Shown: in pieces, positions 23,221 through 37,762 of the stretch | How positions within the stretch are numbered: the stretch's first letter is position 1 | Layout of the letters: every line of letters starts with the position of its first letter | Source: Podarcis erhardii | Lineage: Eukaryota | Strand: one strand, 5' to 3' | NCBI GenBank assembly: GCA_964252035.1 | Contig: OZ176200.1 | Length of the DNA stretch: 64,000 bases | Notes under the pieces: model-generated | What the model was told of the DNA's origin: nothing | Database searches by the model: none | The model's input: the letters and a program-made list of their open reading frames with translations, nothing else | Made by a program: the position numbers and the translations under genes

Positions 23221-25574
23221 AGCGAAAGAAAAGTTTTGTTAACTTTGGGACTGGGTTACTTGCATAGGAGCCACCTCCTAGGGGCTGATGTCCCTTTGCC
23301 CCCCCCCCAATAACATATTTGAGCCCCACCCCAGAAAGTTGATTGGCAATGCCATTCAAATTGGATGTGTGATCGATTATGTGGGATAGGGCTTACCTGC
23401 CGCCTCTCAATATTTTATTCAAGTTGGCACCCTTGATAGAAGGGGCTGGTATTCCTTCGTGCGCCTCCCCCGTTAAATATTTTTTTGGGGGGCCAGCCTC
23501 CCCCCCCCAGTTGGCCATTGAATGGCCATTGGCATTCAAATACTGTGCGTGAACCACATCATGGGATTTTGCAAGGCAGGGCTGCCTCACCCACCAATAT
23601 TTTAGTCAAGTTGACATCTCTGGTTACCTGAGAACCAAATTATACTCTTGAGTGCTGGATCATGGGCATCTGAAACAAGGAATAATCTGCTGTCTCTCAA
23701 GCTGACATCAGGATGGATCATTTTGGCAGGGAATAGTTACAGGAAAGAGTTTGGTTCTTTCCTAATGAGCATTGGAATGCATAAAAGAGAGGGTAATGTT
23801 TTTAGGCACTGACTGCAAGAGTGTGGCAGTCACACAGGGTCCCTGGATGTTTCACCGTCTATTGATCCCTGTGCCACCACTTTATTTCTCACTGGCACCA
23901 CTCAGGTCCTACCTGGTACAATACTGAGTTTGGTCAGGGTTAAATTGGAACATAAACTTCTGTATATTTATTGTAGTTTAACAAGCGTGTGGTTTCAAAG
24001 ACAGTATCGGTCCATTACAATCATGGGGTGCCTATCCAGACCTATATCTTCCATTACCTGCTCTCACTCACTAAACCACCTCTCATATTTACTTGTCTTC
24101 CTAGTTCCTAACTGTTCCTGACTCAGCTTATTTCGCTACACTAACTCAACCTACCCACAGACTCTATCCCAATTCACTCCCACTCCAACCAACCACCCAA
24201 CTCCCAATGAACTCCTCCTTTCTGCCCCTCCCAGAGCTGGTTTTATAGTCCCTCTGACTCCACCCCCCTGGGTTCTGATTGGGTAACTTGTTTAACTATT
24301 TCACCTCCAGAACTCTCATATGTTAACGTCACATAGAGGCCAAACAAAAAGTTGGGGGCTGCCCAATAGCCATGGAAACATGGAATGGGTTGTGCTTGTG
24401 CACCCAGTCTCTCACATTTTTGTCGCATGCACACATTAACAGTCATCGCTCTCCCACTCAAAGAATCCCTGTAACTTTGTTTTCTGCCCCTTTCTGCATG
24501 GCTAACTGAATGCATAGGGTGACGAGATGGCATCCTTCCTGTGCATGTTTATTGGGAAATGAGTTAAATGTTCATGAAATTTCCAACTCTGGTTGCATAC
24601 TTAGGAGAGTAAGGAAGAGGCATGAGTGTGGTTGCTGATGCTGTTTGCAGAGCAAGCACTATAAGGAAGTGATAGTTGTGAGTTGATTTGTCAGCCAGTA
24701 AAGGAACTGGTATGTAAAACTCAGCAAGGTCCTATTTAGGAAAGCAAGTAAAGATGATGACATAATGGCAGCCACATACCTAAAAGAAATAAAATATGAA
24801 AGTCTAACATACTGGTTGCTCACAACACAACAGTCTGAAAGGGAATCCTAATATTCATTGTATGTGACAAGGGCTCAATGGTCCATGTATGTTTTGGCCA
24901 CTGAGCTTAGATACATGCCCGATGCTTTTTATTGTTTTACATTCAGTTCAAAGCATTTGTAGATGAGTTGGTGACCTGGTTGTTGTGCGGGAGACAGTGC
25001 TGTGTCCCTGTCTTTCTAATTGCACAACATCAGACTCAGTCTATAGCCATCATTGGGTTTCCTCCTCTCACCTCCTCCCAACCTAGGCATTAGTTTGCCC
25101 ATTGATATGGGAAGGTTTTTCTAATGTTGCAAAATCAATTTGGATCTGATTTATGATGTTCATGTTTCTTATATTTAGTAAACAAACGAAAAAAGGATGT
25201 CATGCTCATTTTACATTGTGTGTGCGCGCGCGTGTGCTCGCATATTAATACCCAAAACCCAAAAGTTTTTTTAAGTGAAATATTTGATTAGGAAAAAGAA
25301 ATAATGCATTATAAGAGTGGATTCTTACAGTGTACAGTTGTAAGAGCTTGTTATGATACTACAACAAAGCAGCCTTCTCTGGACACATTAACTCTGTTAA
25401 GTTTTAAAGGGTGGGGAATCTATGGCCCTTCAAAAGTTTTTGGACTCCTGACTCCCACCAGCCAGACTCAGCATGACCAATAGTCAGAGGTGTTGGGAGA
25501 TGGAATACAATATCTGCAAGGTCACAGGTTGGTTGCAAGTTTATCCTTTTGGGGCAAGGTACTCAAGTGGGTAA

Positions 25575-26345
25575 TAGCTACCCATGTCCAAACACCTTTG
25601 TGTGATAGAGATTAAGGGTTATAAACCCATTTCTTTCAGGATTCTGACTTAGTTTTGGGACTGAAACTGCTTTGCATATTCTGGTTGATGGTCCGTTGCT
25701 GGGAGACAGACCTTCATTGATTTTATTGGACTTTTTGGTGGCTTTCACAACCGTGGAATCTTTCTTAAGGACCTTCTGTGGTTTTTAGTGGGATTCTAAT
25801 ACATCCATGAAATGACTGGGATAGGTTAATAGATTTGAAGTCTGCTGTTACCAATACAGTGCTAGATGTCACCCACACTGCTGCCTTTCAGCTAATCACT
25901 GTTATTGGTTCCAGTGAGCTACCTGGTCCAATTCAAGGTTTTGGTATTAATTTATAAAAGCCCTCAGTGGTTTGGGACCCAGATATTTGCTAGAACAGCC
26001 CCTCAGCTGACCCAGTTGCACTGCTTTTGGTGCAACAGAACACCGACACCAGAGCAGCGCATGGAAATGCCATTTACCTTCCTGCCAGAGTGGTACCTAT
26101 TAATCTGACAATGTACACAATTTATTTTCAGCTTTGTAATCTTGCTGGTTTTTATTTTATGGCACCTAGACACTCCGTTGTGGTGACTGTCACTGATTTG
26201 AAAGGTGCCATTTGGTGAATAGTTTATATAGCTGAGTTTCTATCACTCAGCTAAGGACGGCATTGAGGGGGTGGGGAGGAGTTAGGATTGCTTTGTAACT
26301 CACTGCATTTTTATTACATTTTACTCTTTGTGAAGTCACTTGAAT
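25575..26345 (+). mobile_element. Degraded L2 LINE remnant with internal deletions
   Basis: Decayed RT motifs near 25660-25760 (GTETAL-like, LLD..AF.TVD-like) and the L2 ORF2 C-terminal motif PVSYLVQFKVLVLIYK at ~25910-25960, followed by an AT-rich tail. Confidence 0.7.
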
Positions 26346-27964
26346 ACAGTTTGCAGAAATGCAGATTTCAAGTTTTAAGAATAAATAGGTGCAACTCTCC
26401 CAGGATCATTAAATTGTAGCAAGCATTATTTTCATGGTTATTCCCCCCCCCCCCCCGTTTGAACACATGAGACAGAATTGAAGGGATATCAGAATTTTAG
26501 TGCATTTTAGAATCTTCCACTTAATTATACCCTTAGCTTGAGGTGGCTCGTCTATGTTTCTTGCATAGTGGTGTCCTATTAAGAAAAAAATACTGAGGTG
26601 TGAAAGAATTTTACTGTATGGTGAAAAACTCTAAAGCAGTAGCAAAATGACTGTTCGTTATCTTGGCTTGCTGCTTTGTTCACCTTAGCAAAGTCCTTTG
26701 TGTTTGCATTATTTTGTGATGTTCTATTTTTGTTGATAGTGGAACTTAATCGTTACCTTTATATTGCATTTACAGATCACATCTGAATAGCTGTGAATTC
26801 TGAGCAGTATGTGCTCGCATGCCTTAATAGCCTGCTATAATCTTTATGTAGCTTCTCCTTGTTGGGGGGGGGAGGGGAATCTGGCATTAATTTCTGCTGG
26901 TTATGAATTCTTATCGGAACATTCTGTTGAAACATAATGTGTTGTACATTTGATACATACATTACCGTTCTGCCATAAGGGCCTGCTATTATTTTAGACA
27001 CCAACTGATTTTATGATGGTATTGGATTTCTTTCACATATGCTTATGTTTTTGTCCAGATGAACTCAAAGAACATCTGTTACTCTTGTGGTGGTATCTGC
27101 TGTTTCCTTTTAGAATTTGACCTTTTGGTTAATTGCAGCTACAATTCTCTAGTTTTTCAGTATTGTGTGACTTAAGCAAAAAATAAATAAATAAAAAATT
27201 CTAGTACTAATCACCTAACTGTAGGAAGATAGTTGAGTTCTGTCTCCCTTTGTCATATCTACATATTAGACCCAATTGTTAAATGGGCATGGTTATTTTG
27301 TTGTTATTGGGCAGAGCAATTGTAATAGGAGACCACCGTTGCTCAGAGCTTCTGCCACATTTGAAGATCCATTAGCTCCAGCTGGTCTGAGTGCAAGGGG
27401 CTGGCGGGGGGGGGGCATTGTGTGTTTTGTGCACAAGCCGTTTTGGTTACGCTAACTCCCAGCTGGTCAGCAAAGCTACGTCTCCTGCAAACAGACTGAC
27501 ATGGGATCCAGGGATCCTTTTCTGACACTGCCCTGCCTCTGCATTTTGAAGTCTTCCAGCAGGAACACCATCCGATGTAGCTTCACAACAGCCTACTCTT
27601 TCTGTGGGCACGATGGGGACTTCCCAGTGTCAGAACTTGCTCACTGCCAATTCCCCCCCCCCCCGGTAGTGCAAGATTAAGATCGCTCCCTTATTCCCTT
27701 AATATTTTTAAAGTTATTTGAACTGTGGAAGCTTTATTGTTTGCCTGTCCTATGGGTGTTTCAAAGGAGCAGCCATCTAAAGTAACAACCTTCACAAGTT
27801 GCAGTTGGGTTAGACTCTATTCCAGTGCCACATATTCATTCAGAATAAATTATTCTGTATGAGTGTAATGCTTTGGTGAAAGCAAGGGTGAAGCAGGGAT
27901 ACTATGGCAGCTTTCATTGCACATCATACTAGTATTTGAAGCATTTGGGGTGAAGTCTTGGGAG

Positions 27965-28310
27965 GGACGTGGGTGGCACTGGGGGTTAAACCACAGAGCC
28001 AAGGACTTGCCGATCAGAAAGTCAGCGGTTCGAATCCCCGCAACGGGGTGAGCTCCCGTTGCTTGGTCCCTGCTCCTGCCAACCTAGCAGTTCAAAAGCA
28101 CATCAAAGTGCAAGTAGATAAATAGGTACCACTCCGGCAGGAAGGTAAATGGCGTTTCTGTGTGCTGCTCTGGTTTGCCAGAAGTGGCTTAGTCATGCTG
28201 GCCACATGACCCAGAAGCTGTATGCCGGCTCCCTCGGCCAATAAAGCGAGATGAGCACCGCAACCCCAGAGTTGGTCATGACTGGACCTAATGGTCAGGG
28301 GTCCCTTTAC
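27965..28310 (+). mobile_element. Full-length Sauria-type SINE with 8-bp target-site duplication
   Basis: tRNA-like head with B box GGTTCGAATCC (28027-28037), typical body and cctttac tail. TSD CTTGGGAG at 27957-27964 and 28311-28318. Confidence 0.92.
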
Positions 28311-29628
28311 CTTGGGAGAAACGGACTTCTGGAAGAAATATGCAGTGTTGTTTGGCAATGGCACCATAAAGTATTATAACAGGCAGAGCTAATATCAGCA
28401 CATGTTGTTGTTGGTTAATCCATGCCTAGAACTGCCATCATAGGTCTGCTGACTTCTGGTGGAAAGTTACTGTTGCACGGCACAGTCCCATGAGTGTAAG
28501 TTTTTACCTAATGATCCAAAGCACTTGAAAAGAGCAAAATGGGTTTTTTTGGACAGTCACCTTGTTTTTAAACCCTTTTATTACCTGTCAGTGTGCTGGG
28601 TAACTTTCAGATAAAGGCAACGGTTGTTTGCATAGAACACTGAATAAGTTGCAAACACTTCTAAACATTTACTATTGTTGATAGTAAAGCTTGAATTTTT
28701 TGCTCAGGCATTTGCTAGGCATGAAGGCTGGAGCCTGTTGTGATTTACTAGCTTACTGGTTGTTAACTTAGGGCCATATTCAACTTATTCAAAGTAGACA
28801 CATTAAAATTAACATCCCTAATATCTATTTCATTGGGTCTACTCTGAGTAGGAATACAACCCATAGTGAACAATGGTGGCTTTTTCTGTTGCATTTCTTT
28901 TTAAAATGTAACACTTAAAAATGTAACACACCAGGCTCTGAGATTGTGAAGAGTGGATAAGAAATATATTAAGTAAATAATATTTAATTGTATAAACTAA
29001 TTCTTCTTGAAATGTTGAAAATAGCATGTTTGCACTCTTGTTTGGAACTCTGCAAGATTGCAGGTATCAGTTGAGAATTTAGTTTTCTTTGGGGGCTTTT
29101 AGTTCTCTGGTTAGACTAGGAAGCATTCCCTTGATAAGTAAACTTCTAATGATCTGATTTTGTATGCATTCAACATTTAATTTTTTTATTGCATTAATAA
29201 ATTAATATATTTCAACACAACATAACTTAGTAGGCAATATATTTACAAAGAAAAGAAACTGATTTAAAAATAGATGCAATATTTACTTGCTTTTTGACAA
29301 GAAGATTAGAGCAGAAACTGATCAGTGCAGCTTTTAAATGACAGAGCTGTATACGGTGTACAGCTAACTTGCCGTGTTCTAATTGATTTGAGTTAAGACC
29401 GCATATCTTCCCTGTAAATTGACCTAATAGCAGGGTATAGGAAAGTATGCTTAGGCAGGTTCTGCAAACCTTTCAATCTCTGAAGCGACAGATGTTATGA
29501 TCTACATAGTAGTGTGTGTCTTGGAAACAGAGAGAGTGTTAGAGAAACAAAAAAACCTGAGCCAACGACATACTTTCTAATACCAGGAATAAATTCTTGT
29601 CATTGGCTATGATGTGATGTAGTTATAG

Positions 29629-29631
<3 letters not shown>

Positions 29632-29690
<59 letters not shown>
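29632..29690 (+). repeat. Compound (GT)n(GA)n microsatellite
   Basis: Seen directly in the sequence. Confidence 0.95.
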
Positions 29691-29691
<1 letters not shown>

Positions 29692-32600
29692 AAAGATTAT
29701 ATAAGAAATATTAAAGTGATAGTGAAAAATAACTGAAGTGTAATAACAAATTCATGTCCTGAGCTTGCCCCCCCCCATTTTGAAATAGCCCTATTGGTCA
29801 TGCAGGGCTTCATCCTGCTCTCTGTACATAGATGCACAACTTCTAAGTGGCCAGTACCAGGCCCCTCTTATCAATCAACAACAATTTGGGTTGGGTAGTT
29901 GTGATAGAATAGTGGGGGTGGGTAAGCTGGTCTGTCATGTGCCCCCCCCCCTCCACAAGCCAACCTAATGTCATAATTGGGATGATTCTAGTGAATGAGG
30001 ACTTGGTGGACCCCCCTACCTCACAGTCCCCTGCTGCAATATAGTAATTAACCAAAGTCTCTTCTGTCCCTCTTGGTCAACAACAGAAGGGTGCTTGTGT
30101 TCCCCACCTGGCTGGACCACAGCTTGATAGTTGGCACCTTTAGTCTGTGGTCCATAAGATTTCCTCATCACACTTCAAGCAGGGGCAGGATGTACAGGTG
30201 TCCATGGCTGTCTAATGCCTGGGGGTGGGGAAGGGATTTTAGCTCTACAATGCCAGGACAAGGGTGGGAGGGAAGGGGGACGTTATTATCATGTGTTGTT
30301 GTGTATTTATAGGAATCAGATTCCTAACCAAAATTTCTGTACGACACTGTCTCTTTTCTGCCCACTGCTTAGTACAGTTCTTGATGCATATGTGGTCTTT
30401 GTTTGTTTGTTTGGATATAGTTGGTAGGAATAAGATGAGATAGAAATAAGACTACAGTTGCAGAGAATGGTAGGATTAAGAATTATGGTTACCATGGATA
30501 AAGGCTGCAGAGTAATAATGAAATCTACATACAGGATTAGCTTTTCTCCTTATGCAGCTGACAAGTATATTACAAAGAAGAACACAGGCAATGCTTTTCC
30601 AGACTCATCCTAAGTCAGCACTGTACGGTTTTGTGTTCTGCATTGACTGATTGTGTTGCGTTGATGCACTTTCACTTGTGTGCAACATCTTGTATTATCA
30701 GGAATGTGAGGTTTTTATATTACGTTTCTGACCAGTCAGCTTACTGTTCTTGACCTGATTGATTGATCTGATTCACAGGTGGATATAATGATTACAAGCA
30801 CCACACAGTGCAACACATGGCACAAAACAACATGGGGGAAAGAGTACACAGTTTTAACTGGAAGTAGTTTTGTGGTCTGAATGTTGTGTGCTTGCCCATT
30901 GTGTGTGGTATCTGCTTCATAGGAAGCACAGATTGCCTTGATGTTTACATACACTAGTATATAAACACTTATAAAACTGTTTTCACTTAGGGTGTGTATG
31001 CACACTCATACACACACTTTGGTAAAATATTACAGTACATACAGATTATTATATGTTTACTATATGTTTTGGAGACATGCTTATTTGTTATCGGATTTGG
31101 TCACCTTTTCAGATAGCACAACCTAATTTTCTTCCTGTGATCAAGGAGCAGGCTTTCATCTATGTGTGGATATAACTGGGCACCATTTTGTACTGAGTTT
31201 AACCACTGGGTACCTAGAATTTCCAAGCAATATTGGGTATGAGAATACTAGGGCTTAATATTATTCTAAGGATGGTAGTCAACAATGTTTTACTCAGACA
31301 CATTAAAATTAATGAACATGACTAAGTTAAGTGAATTGAGCTCACTGGGTCTACTCTGAGTAAAATTTAGTTGAACCCCCCACCCCATGGGCACTATGAG
31401 AGGAATTAAACTTTGCACTAAAATGTGAGTTTTGTCATGACAAGCATTTTGACTTTCCAGATGGAACACTTCCCCTATCCTTCCCCTAAATGCTGTTTTG
31501 GGGTTCTCCCAACTCCACCTTGAGCCAATTTGGGAGGCATGGGACACAGGGGAGGGGAGGTGGGGAAAGCCATATAGCACAGGACTTTTGCAGACAGAAC
31601 TCATTAGTTGACTCCTACCCTATTTTTAAACAACCTAGTAGTAATTATAGTCTGCATCCTGCAATAGGAACTTTCAGTAACTCATTTCACCACATCCTCG
31701 AATATCTCCAGGTCAATTCACACATGTATGCTCACTGCCTAATGGCTGCAGCATAAAACAAGGAGTGGCATGTGTTGAGCATGAGAAAGAACTTATATAT
31801 TCACATATTAGTTTTCCCCACACTAAATGGTGGTAGTTCATATGCGCAACTGGGAATCAAAATGGTATGAAATACTGTATCAGTAAATTGGTGTGCATGT
31901 GTGAATAAGCCCTTAGTGCCATGTGTCTTTTGAAGTTTCTGAGCTTTATCATTTAATCCTGCAGCTATACTTGCTGCAGTTCAACAGAGTGCTGGGTCAT
32001 ATTCAGTGATGCTTTACTGTTTATACAGAAGATACCTCTGAAAGGAAACTTTCATTCATCCGTAAGAAATGGGCTTTTCTAAGAGACTGCACAGTATTAT
32101 TTAATACTGTGATTTCTTGCTGTGAGTGAAAAGTAGGTTTGGTTCAAATGGATCAGATCATATTGCTGTCAAATTTGTCTGGAAAATATTTGACAGGAAC
32201 ATTGAGCATATTTGCTTTGTACAATGAGGTTTACCTCCAGTTGCTTTGAAGTAAGTGTATAGAATGCAGTGTTAGACATACCTTTATTTTTTAATAGCCA
32301 TGTATGTAGCCATGTATTAGGGTATTTTTTGCCCTAAGACACACAGTTCGGCCGTGTTGTTACTTGTGCTACTTTGTGTTACTTTGACACAAGACAGAAA
32401 AGAGAAGTGTTTTAATCCAGAGACTTAAAATATCCAGAGTTAATCACTATATGAGATGTTCTGCTTTATTCAACAGATAGCACTTTTCAACTCATAACAA
32501 AGGTGATCCTTGGGTGCTGAGGGAGGGGCTGGAATAGCACATCTCCCATACAAACAAGTAATTGGCATTCTCTTGAATTCAATTCTGTGACAGTAATGAG

Positions 32601-35600
32601 CTGGTCTCATTTATTACTTTTAGCATTATGTATTCAACAAAGTCCTCTGGATGGTTAGAAAATGTGGGCCCAAGGGTGTATCTTCTCCGAGGCCAATCCT
32701 GTGAGACCAGACCACCCCATGGTTATTTAATCTCTGTGGGAGTTCCGGCCAGCAACTTATATTGCCTGCTTCCTGCCTAACTTCTGTTTTCTGGCACCTT
32801 TGGGGATCCAGAAATAAGAAAGGCCTTCAAAGCTTGGGATATTACTTATTCTCATAGCCTCCAAACAAGAAGACAATGCAGGTGCCATTTTGGCTGAGGT
32901 CAAGCTTAGCTAATACAATCTCTCCTCACACTTCGCCTCAGCTATGAAGGAAAAAATTGCCCTTCAACTTAAAAGACTCTTGTGAAGGCTGGGATTTTGC
33001 CTCGGATTATATGTATCTAAGGTACATATTCTGTGGGGCCAGTTTTCTCTCTTCCCCTATCCCTCAGTTTGCATCCCAAAGCTGAAGGAGGAAGCAAGGA
33101 GAAAAGAATGAGAAATCCTCTTCCCCTTCATTCACTCTCAGGCTGAAGAGAATTAAGGTTTAGCAAAGTGTGAAGAATTTTTCAAAGGTAATTATAGATA
33201 GTAATTAGAGGAAAATGCACGTCTGAACCCATTTTAGGAGCACTCGTTTACTTAAGAATATAGCATGCCTTATCCAAGTGCGTAACACATGCTGGTAGAA
33301 ATAACTATCTTAGCCATACTTATTTTTCATGCTGTATTTGGGGGAAATGGACATGTGCAGAAACTGTGAGTACAATTAGCGTCAAGCAGATAAATCCAGC
33401 TAATCCTGTTTATGCTCTCTATCAAGCAGATGTGCCAAAATTGATGTAGACAAGCTCTTGGCTTATAATAATATTTTTAAGAGCTGTGTAGTATTGTTTT
33501 TGTTAAGACCTTTCTTAACGTTAAGTGTAGTTAAAAATGGAAGAGGACCTAACAAGTGCAGCCTACTTTATGAAGGTCCCTGCTCTGCTCTTACGGTGAT
33601 GGAACAACCTGGCAGGAAAGATTATCTTTATTCCTTGTAATTAAATTGACTTGGGGGAAAAATACAATGGGAAGTGGGTGCTGAATTAAATAAATAGCAT
33701 GATATCTAATGTATACTTAAACCCCTTATAAGAACAGATGGTACCCTGTATCCTTCTAGGTAATATGAGAGGATAGTTAATGTTTTGAAACAGCTAGGAA
33801 TAATCAGTATGATACTAATGAATGGATAGTTCTTGAATGGAAAGAATTACTGTGTGGGGGGTTTTTTAAAGGCAAGTTTAGCTTATTTAGAAGATTTTGA
33901 CTATGGGAAATAAAATAGTTTCTTTTTTTAATGTAGTGAGAAGCAGGTGTTCAAAATTCCATAGATGCAGATGAAGTCAAAAGTTTGAAAGTTGAAAATG
34001 TATTTCTAATGTTAATGACATATAATCGTTGTACATCGCCATTGTACAACGAAAAACCCATTGCATTGAAAAAGTGATTTTAGAATTGTAAGAAACAATG
34101 CACTGTGATTTCCATGGTTCCTAGGAGGAAAGTCTACATATACATTCTAGTAAGGCTTCTCCATAAGATGTCAATCTAGAGTTTCAAGGAATGCAACCAG
34201 TCATTTATTTATTTTTACATTCCAACACCAGCAACCAGAATAGCTGCAAGATTGCTTTTATGCTGTCTTACTATAAAAAAGCTAAGAAAAGGAAACAGAA
34301 AAAAAAGAAATACTTTTGGTTGACCAGTCTTTGTCTGTCTTATAAGTGGCATGTAACCAGAGGGATTTGTTCAAGATGCTCTTTTTGCTCCCTTGATTTG
34401 TTGGCCATGGGCCTTTGGCCGTGGTATTTCACCATCTGCAATACCAGCCTTAATGGATGAAAGGACACACGAAAACCATTTTACTCAGGAGCAGGTGGCT
34501 TCCCTGCTGCATGGATACTTTATCATATACTCCAAGGTAGACTAGAACCTCTGAGGCATGCACGTTAAGAGAAGCTTATAGAATAGGTTACTTCCCCTGA
34601 AAGCTTCAAGAAGAGGTACGTGGCCAGCTTGATAGTCTGCTGCAACTGCTGTGATCATGTTTTATTCCCCATTTTGAAGGCTGTGTCCACAGTGCAACAG
34701 AAGGTGATAAAGGAGGTTCAGCCTTTTGGTCCCGGAGTCTATTTGCTTGTTTTTGCTAATTTCATCCTAAAGGAAGACAATTAAAAAAATGGCTTCCTAA
34801 CGATGAGACTGTTCATACTAAAGGCCATTGTTTAATGGTGACATTGATGGGGGGGGGGGCGGAATTGCTGTGGCTAAGGACAAGAAGAATAAATCATAAA
34901 GTCCTATCAGAGTCCTTCTAGAAGAAATATGACTCTCTTAAAGTCAGTTATCCAATTTGGAGTCCCAGAGGCAGCCACATCTTGTTTGATTTTTTTGCTT
35001 CTGAGCAAAGAAAGGAACCAGTAGGTCATGGTAAACCCATAGTTACCAAACTGATGATTTGGCCACTTTGCCCCTCCACAATAGCATACCAAGGAAAGAC
35101 ACTACAATTCCTTAGTGTTGTGTCCAAACCAAGGTTCATGGTTTGTTTTCCTGTAAGCTATGAACAAACCTTGTTTACAGATCATGTTGGGAATGAAACA
35201 AGACAATGATCCTTGGTTCAGACATATGTAAAATTAACTATGGTTTACTGTGACATGCAAATAAGCACTGTGTCTCTGTGGTGAAAGGAATTCCAGCCAT
35301 TCTGATAAAGTTACTCAGTGGCATATTGACTTGCATATAACCCATTTTGTGAGGGAAAACCAAGAATGGGAGAGAGGTAGTGAACCTGTGGTGGAGCTTC
35401 CATGATATATCCCGAAACTGCTTTAAAAAAAAAAAAGATTTTGTGTGAGGGATTTAAAGAAGCACTTTTGGAACTGTATGTAAAAGGGCAGCTGCTATCA
35501 AAATTAAGCAGCGGTGGGGGAGGACGGGGCTTTTACTCATAATTTTTTTACAGATGTAAAGGGAGATATTCATCTCTTGACCTTGTGAACCATTAGAGAA

Positions 35601-35917
35601 GGAGTATAACATAATGTGGAGGAGAGTAGCACAGTACTTTCTGTGAAGAAGAAACAACTTTAAATATTACTGAGTGTGGTATGGAAGCAACTGTTGTAAG
35701 TCCTACATGGTTGCCAGCGATGTAGAGTCTGGCCCTCTCTTCACAGTTCATGAACAGCCCTTAAGTATCTCTAAAACTATTTTTTCAGGGATGCATTCAG
35801 GAAAAAAGTGACAATAATAGATATTTTGTATGTGCACTTTTAGTTAGGAAGGAACCATAAGGGATTAAACTGTGATGTGGTATGAAAATAAACACTCTTT
35901 CTTCCTCCTTTGGGCAG

Positions 35918-36160
35918 GTGGTTCCAACGTGGGCTTGACAAATGAAGAGGAATATGTCGAAATGAAAGATGTATTTTCCGTAAAACTGAAACGCCGTCGT
36001 TTTGCTGGGCAGCAAAAAGGTGGCCTATTATTAGGTATCACAGTTTTTGTCTGCCTGAAAAAAGAAGGAAACAAACTTAAGGATTCTGTCATCAACTTAA
36101 GTAATTTAAGTGAGGACCATTGTTACCTGTGGTTTAAGCATTTGAAGGAAATTTTGAATG
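35918..36160 (+). CDS. CERKL: CERKL coding exon 2 (243 nt)
   Basis: CAG| to |GTAAG. Encodes [19 protein letters not shown]...[18 protein letters not shown]...[19 protein letters not shown], with the KLKRR NLS retained. Confidence 0.97.
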
Positions 36161-37762
36161 GTAAGCACTTTTCAGAAAGACTTTATTTCTATATTTTCTA
36201 AACATTCTTAACCTTAAAACATTACAGTATGAGGCTGGACATGTTTCCTGAGAAATAAGTTCTATTGATTTCTGTAGGACTTTCCCCCCAAATCAGTATG
36301 CTTAGAATTGCCATCTTATTCTGTTAGTGACATATTCCACTTAGCTGATTTTAAATTAGTCTAAGCCTCTGTTAATATGTAACAAGAAACCAAACATTTT
36401 ACTGGCCAGGCTCACCAATAAAAGTCTGATTTATCACTACATGCACAAGCTTCAGGGCTTGCACACTCAATTTACCATTCCTCCTTTGGCACATCTGTGA
36501 GGATGAGATGGGAAGCTTTCACTTCTGTTTTCAACTAATTATAATTACTTGTTTTGCATGAACTCAAACTGTGGTTATTCTTAACTGTGGTTTACAGAAG
36601 CAAGCAAATTTTGAACCATGGTTTACAAACCTGACCTGTTTCTCTAAATTGTAATTAACATTAAGCACATTTATTGGTTTGGACAAAAGAAGTAAAATGC
36701 AAAAACTTCTGATCTCATTGGAACTGTGCTGGAGGGAGGGGTTGTACTGGTTGTTTTTGTACTGCTAAACTGGTTTAATGTCACATCAAAACACTGCCAA
36801 TGCCTGTGCTTGGATAAACATAATTTGGCTTACCAAGCCAATATATGCATGAACTCTTTCGTCTGCATATGCAGCTACTTCATTCCTCCCTTTGTGGCAT
36901 GCAGCAATTAAACCAGCAAATCTCTAATTAACTAGAGTTTTCCATTTCATCAGAAGCAATGTCCTCTTTGAGGATAAGATTGATACCATTACACTAGCCA
37001 TAGTAAAATTGCTCTTGGAGGCAGTAAAAATCAGAAATCAGTATGTACAAACTGAAGCTACTCTGTTGGCTAGCAAGGCCGATCTTACACCTTAATAACA
37101 TTTGATATACAATCATTGTACCGTATTTTGGTTCTATGGACTGTAGTAAAGCTCTGCGTGTGATTTCAGAACAACCCAGTCTCATACACCATGATTTGAA
37201 GTTTGTTTAGCATACTAGCTTGCTCTAAAGTTGGTTACCATAGTTTCCTGGTTTGGATGAAATGAGAAACTATTGTTAATTAGATGCTTAGTGATTTGAC
37301 TGTGGATTTCAAGGAAAAGGCTTGTTCATAACTTGAATTAATAAACAGATCCAAACCAGGCTGTTTTCTAAGCTTGCGGCTGCCCTCAAACTGTGATTTG
37401 TTTGGGAGCTGACAACGTAGGATCTGAAATCATGAGTTTGTGCTAACTCTAGTTTGCAGTAGATCTCTTGTTTAGAAATGCAAATATGATTTATTATTGC
37501 TATTCATGGATTTATACCTCACTTTTTTCTGCAAAAGTACACCAGGAAAATGTATACAAAATGGAGATAGTACAAAATAATATAAAAGTACAGCATAAAA
37601 CCCAAACAAAATGCAACCAGAAAACAAAACAAACAAGGAAAACCAGCAGCAGTTAAAGACAAAGACAGCAGTGTTAAAAGCATATGACACAATAGGAGAC
37701 TGGGAGTCATGAGAATGCTTTCTCCTTCTCTCCTCTGGTTCCAGTTTGTTTTTCCATACTTA

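Noticed and set aside
28092-28367. 91-aa minus-strand ORF
   Set aside because: Lies within the Sauria SINE.
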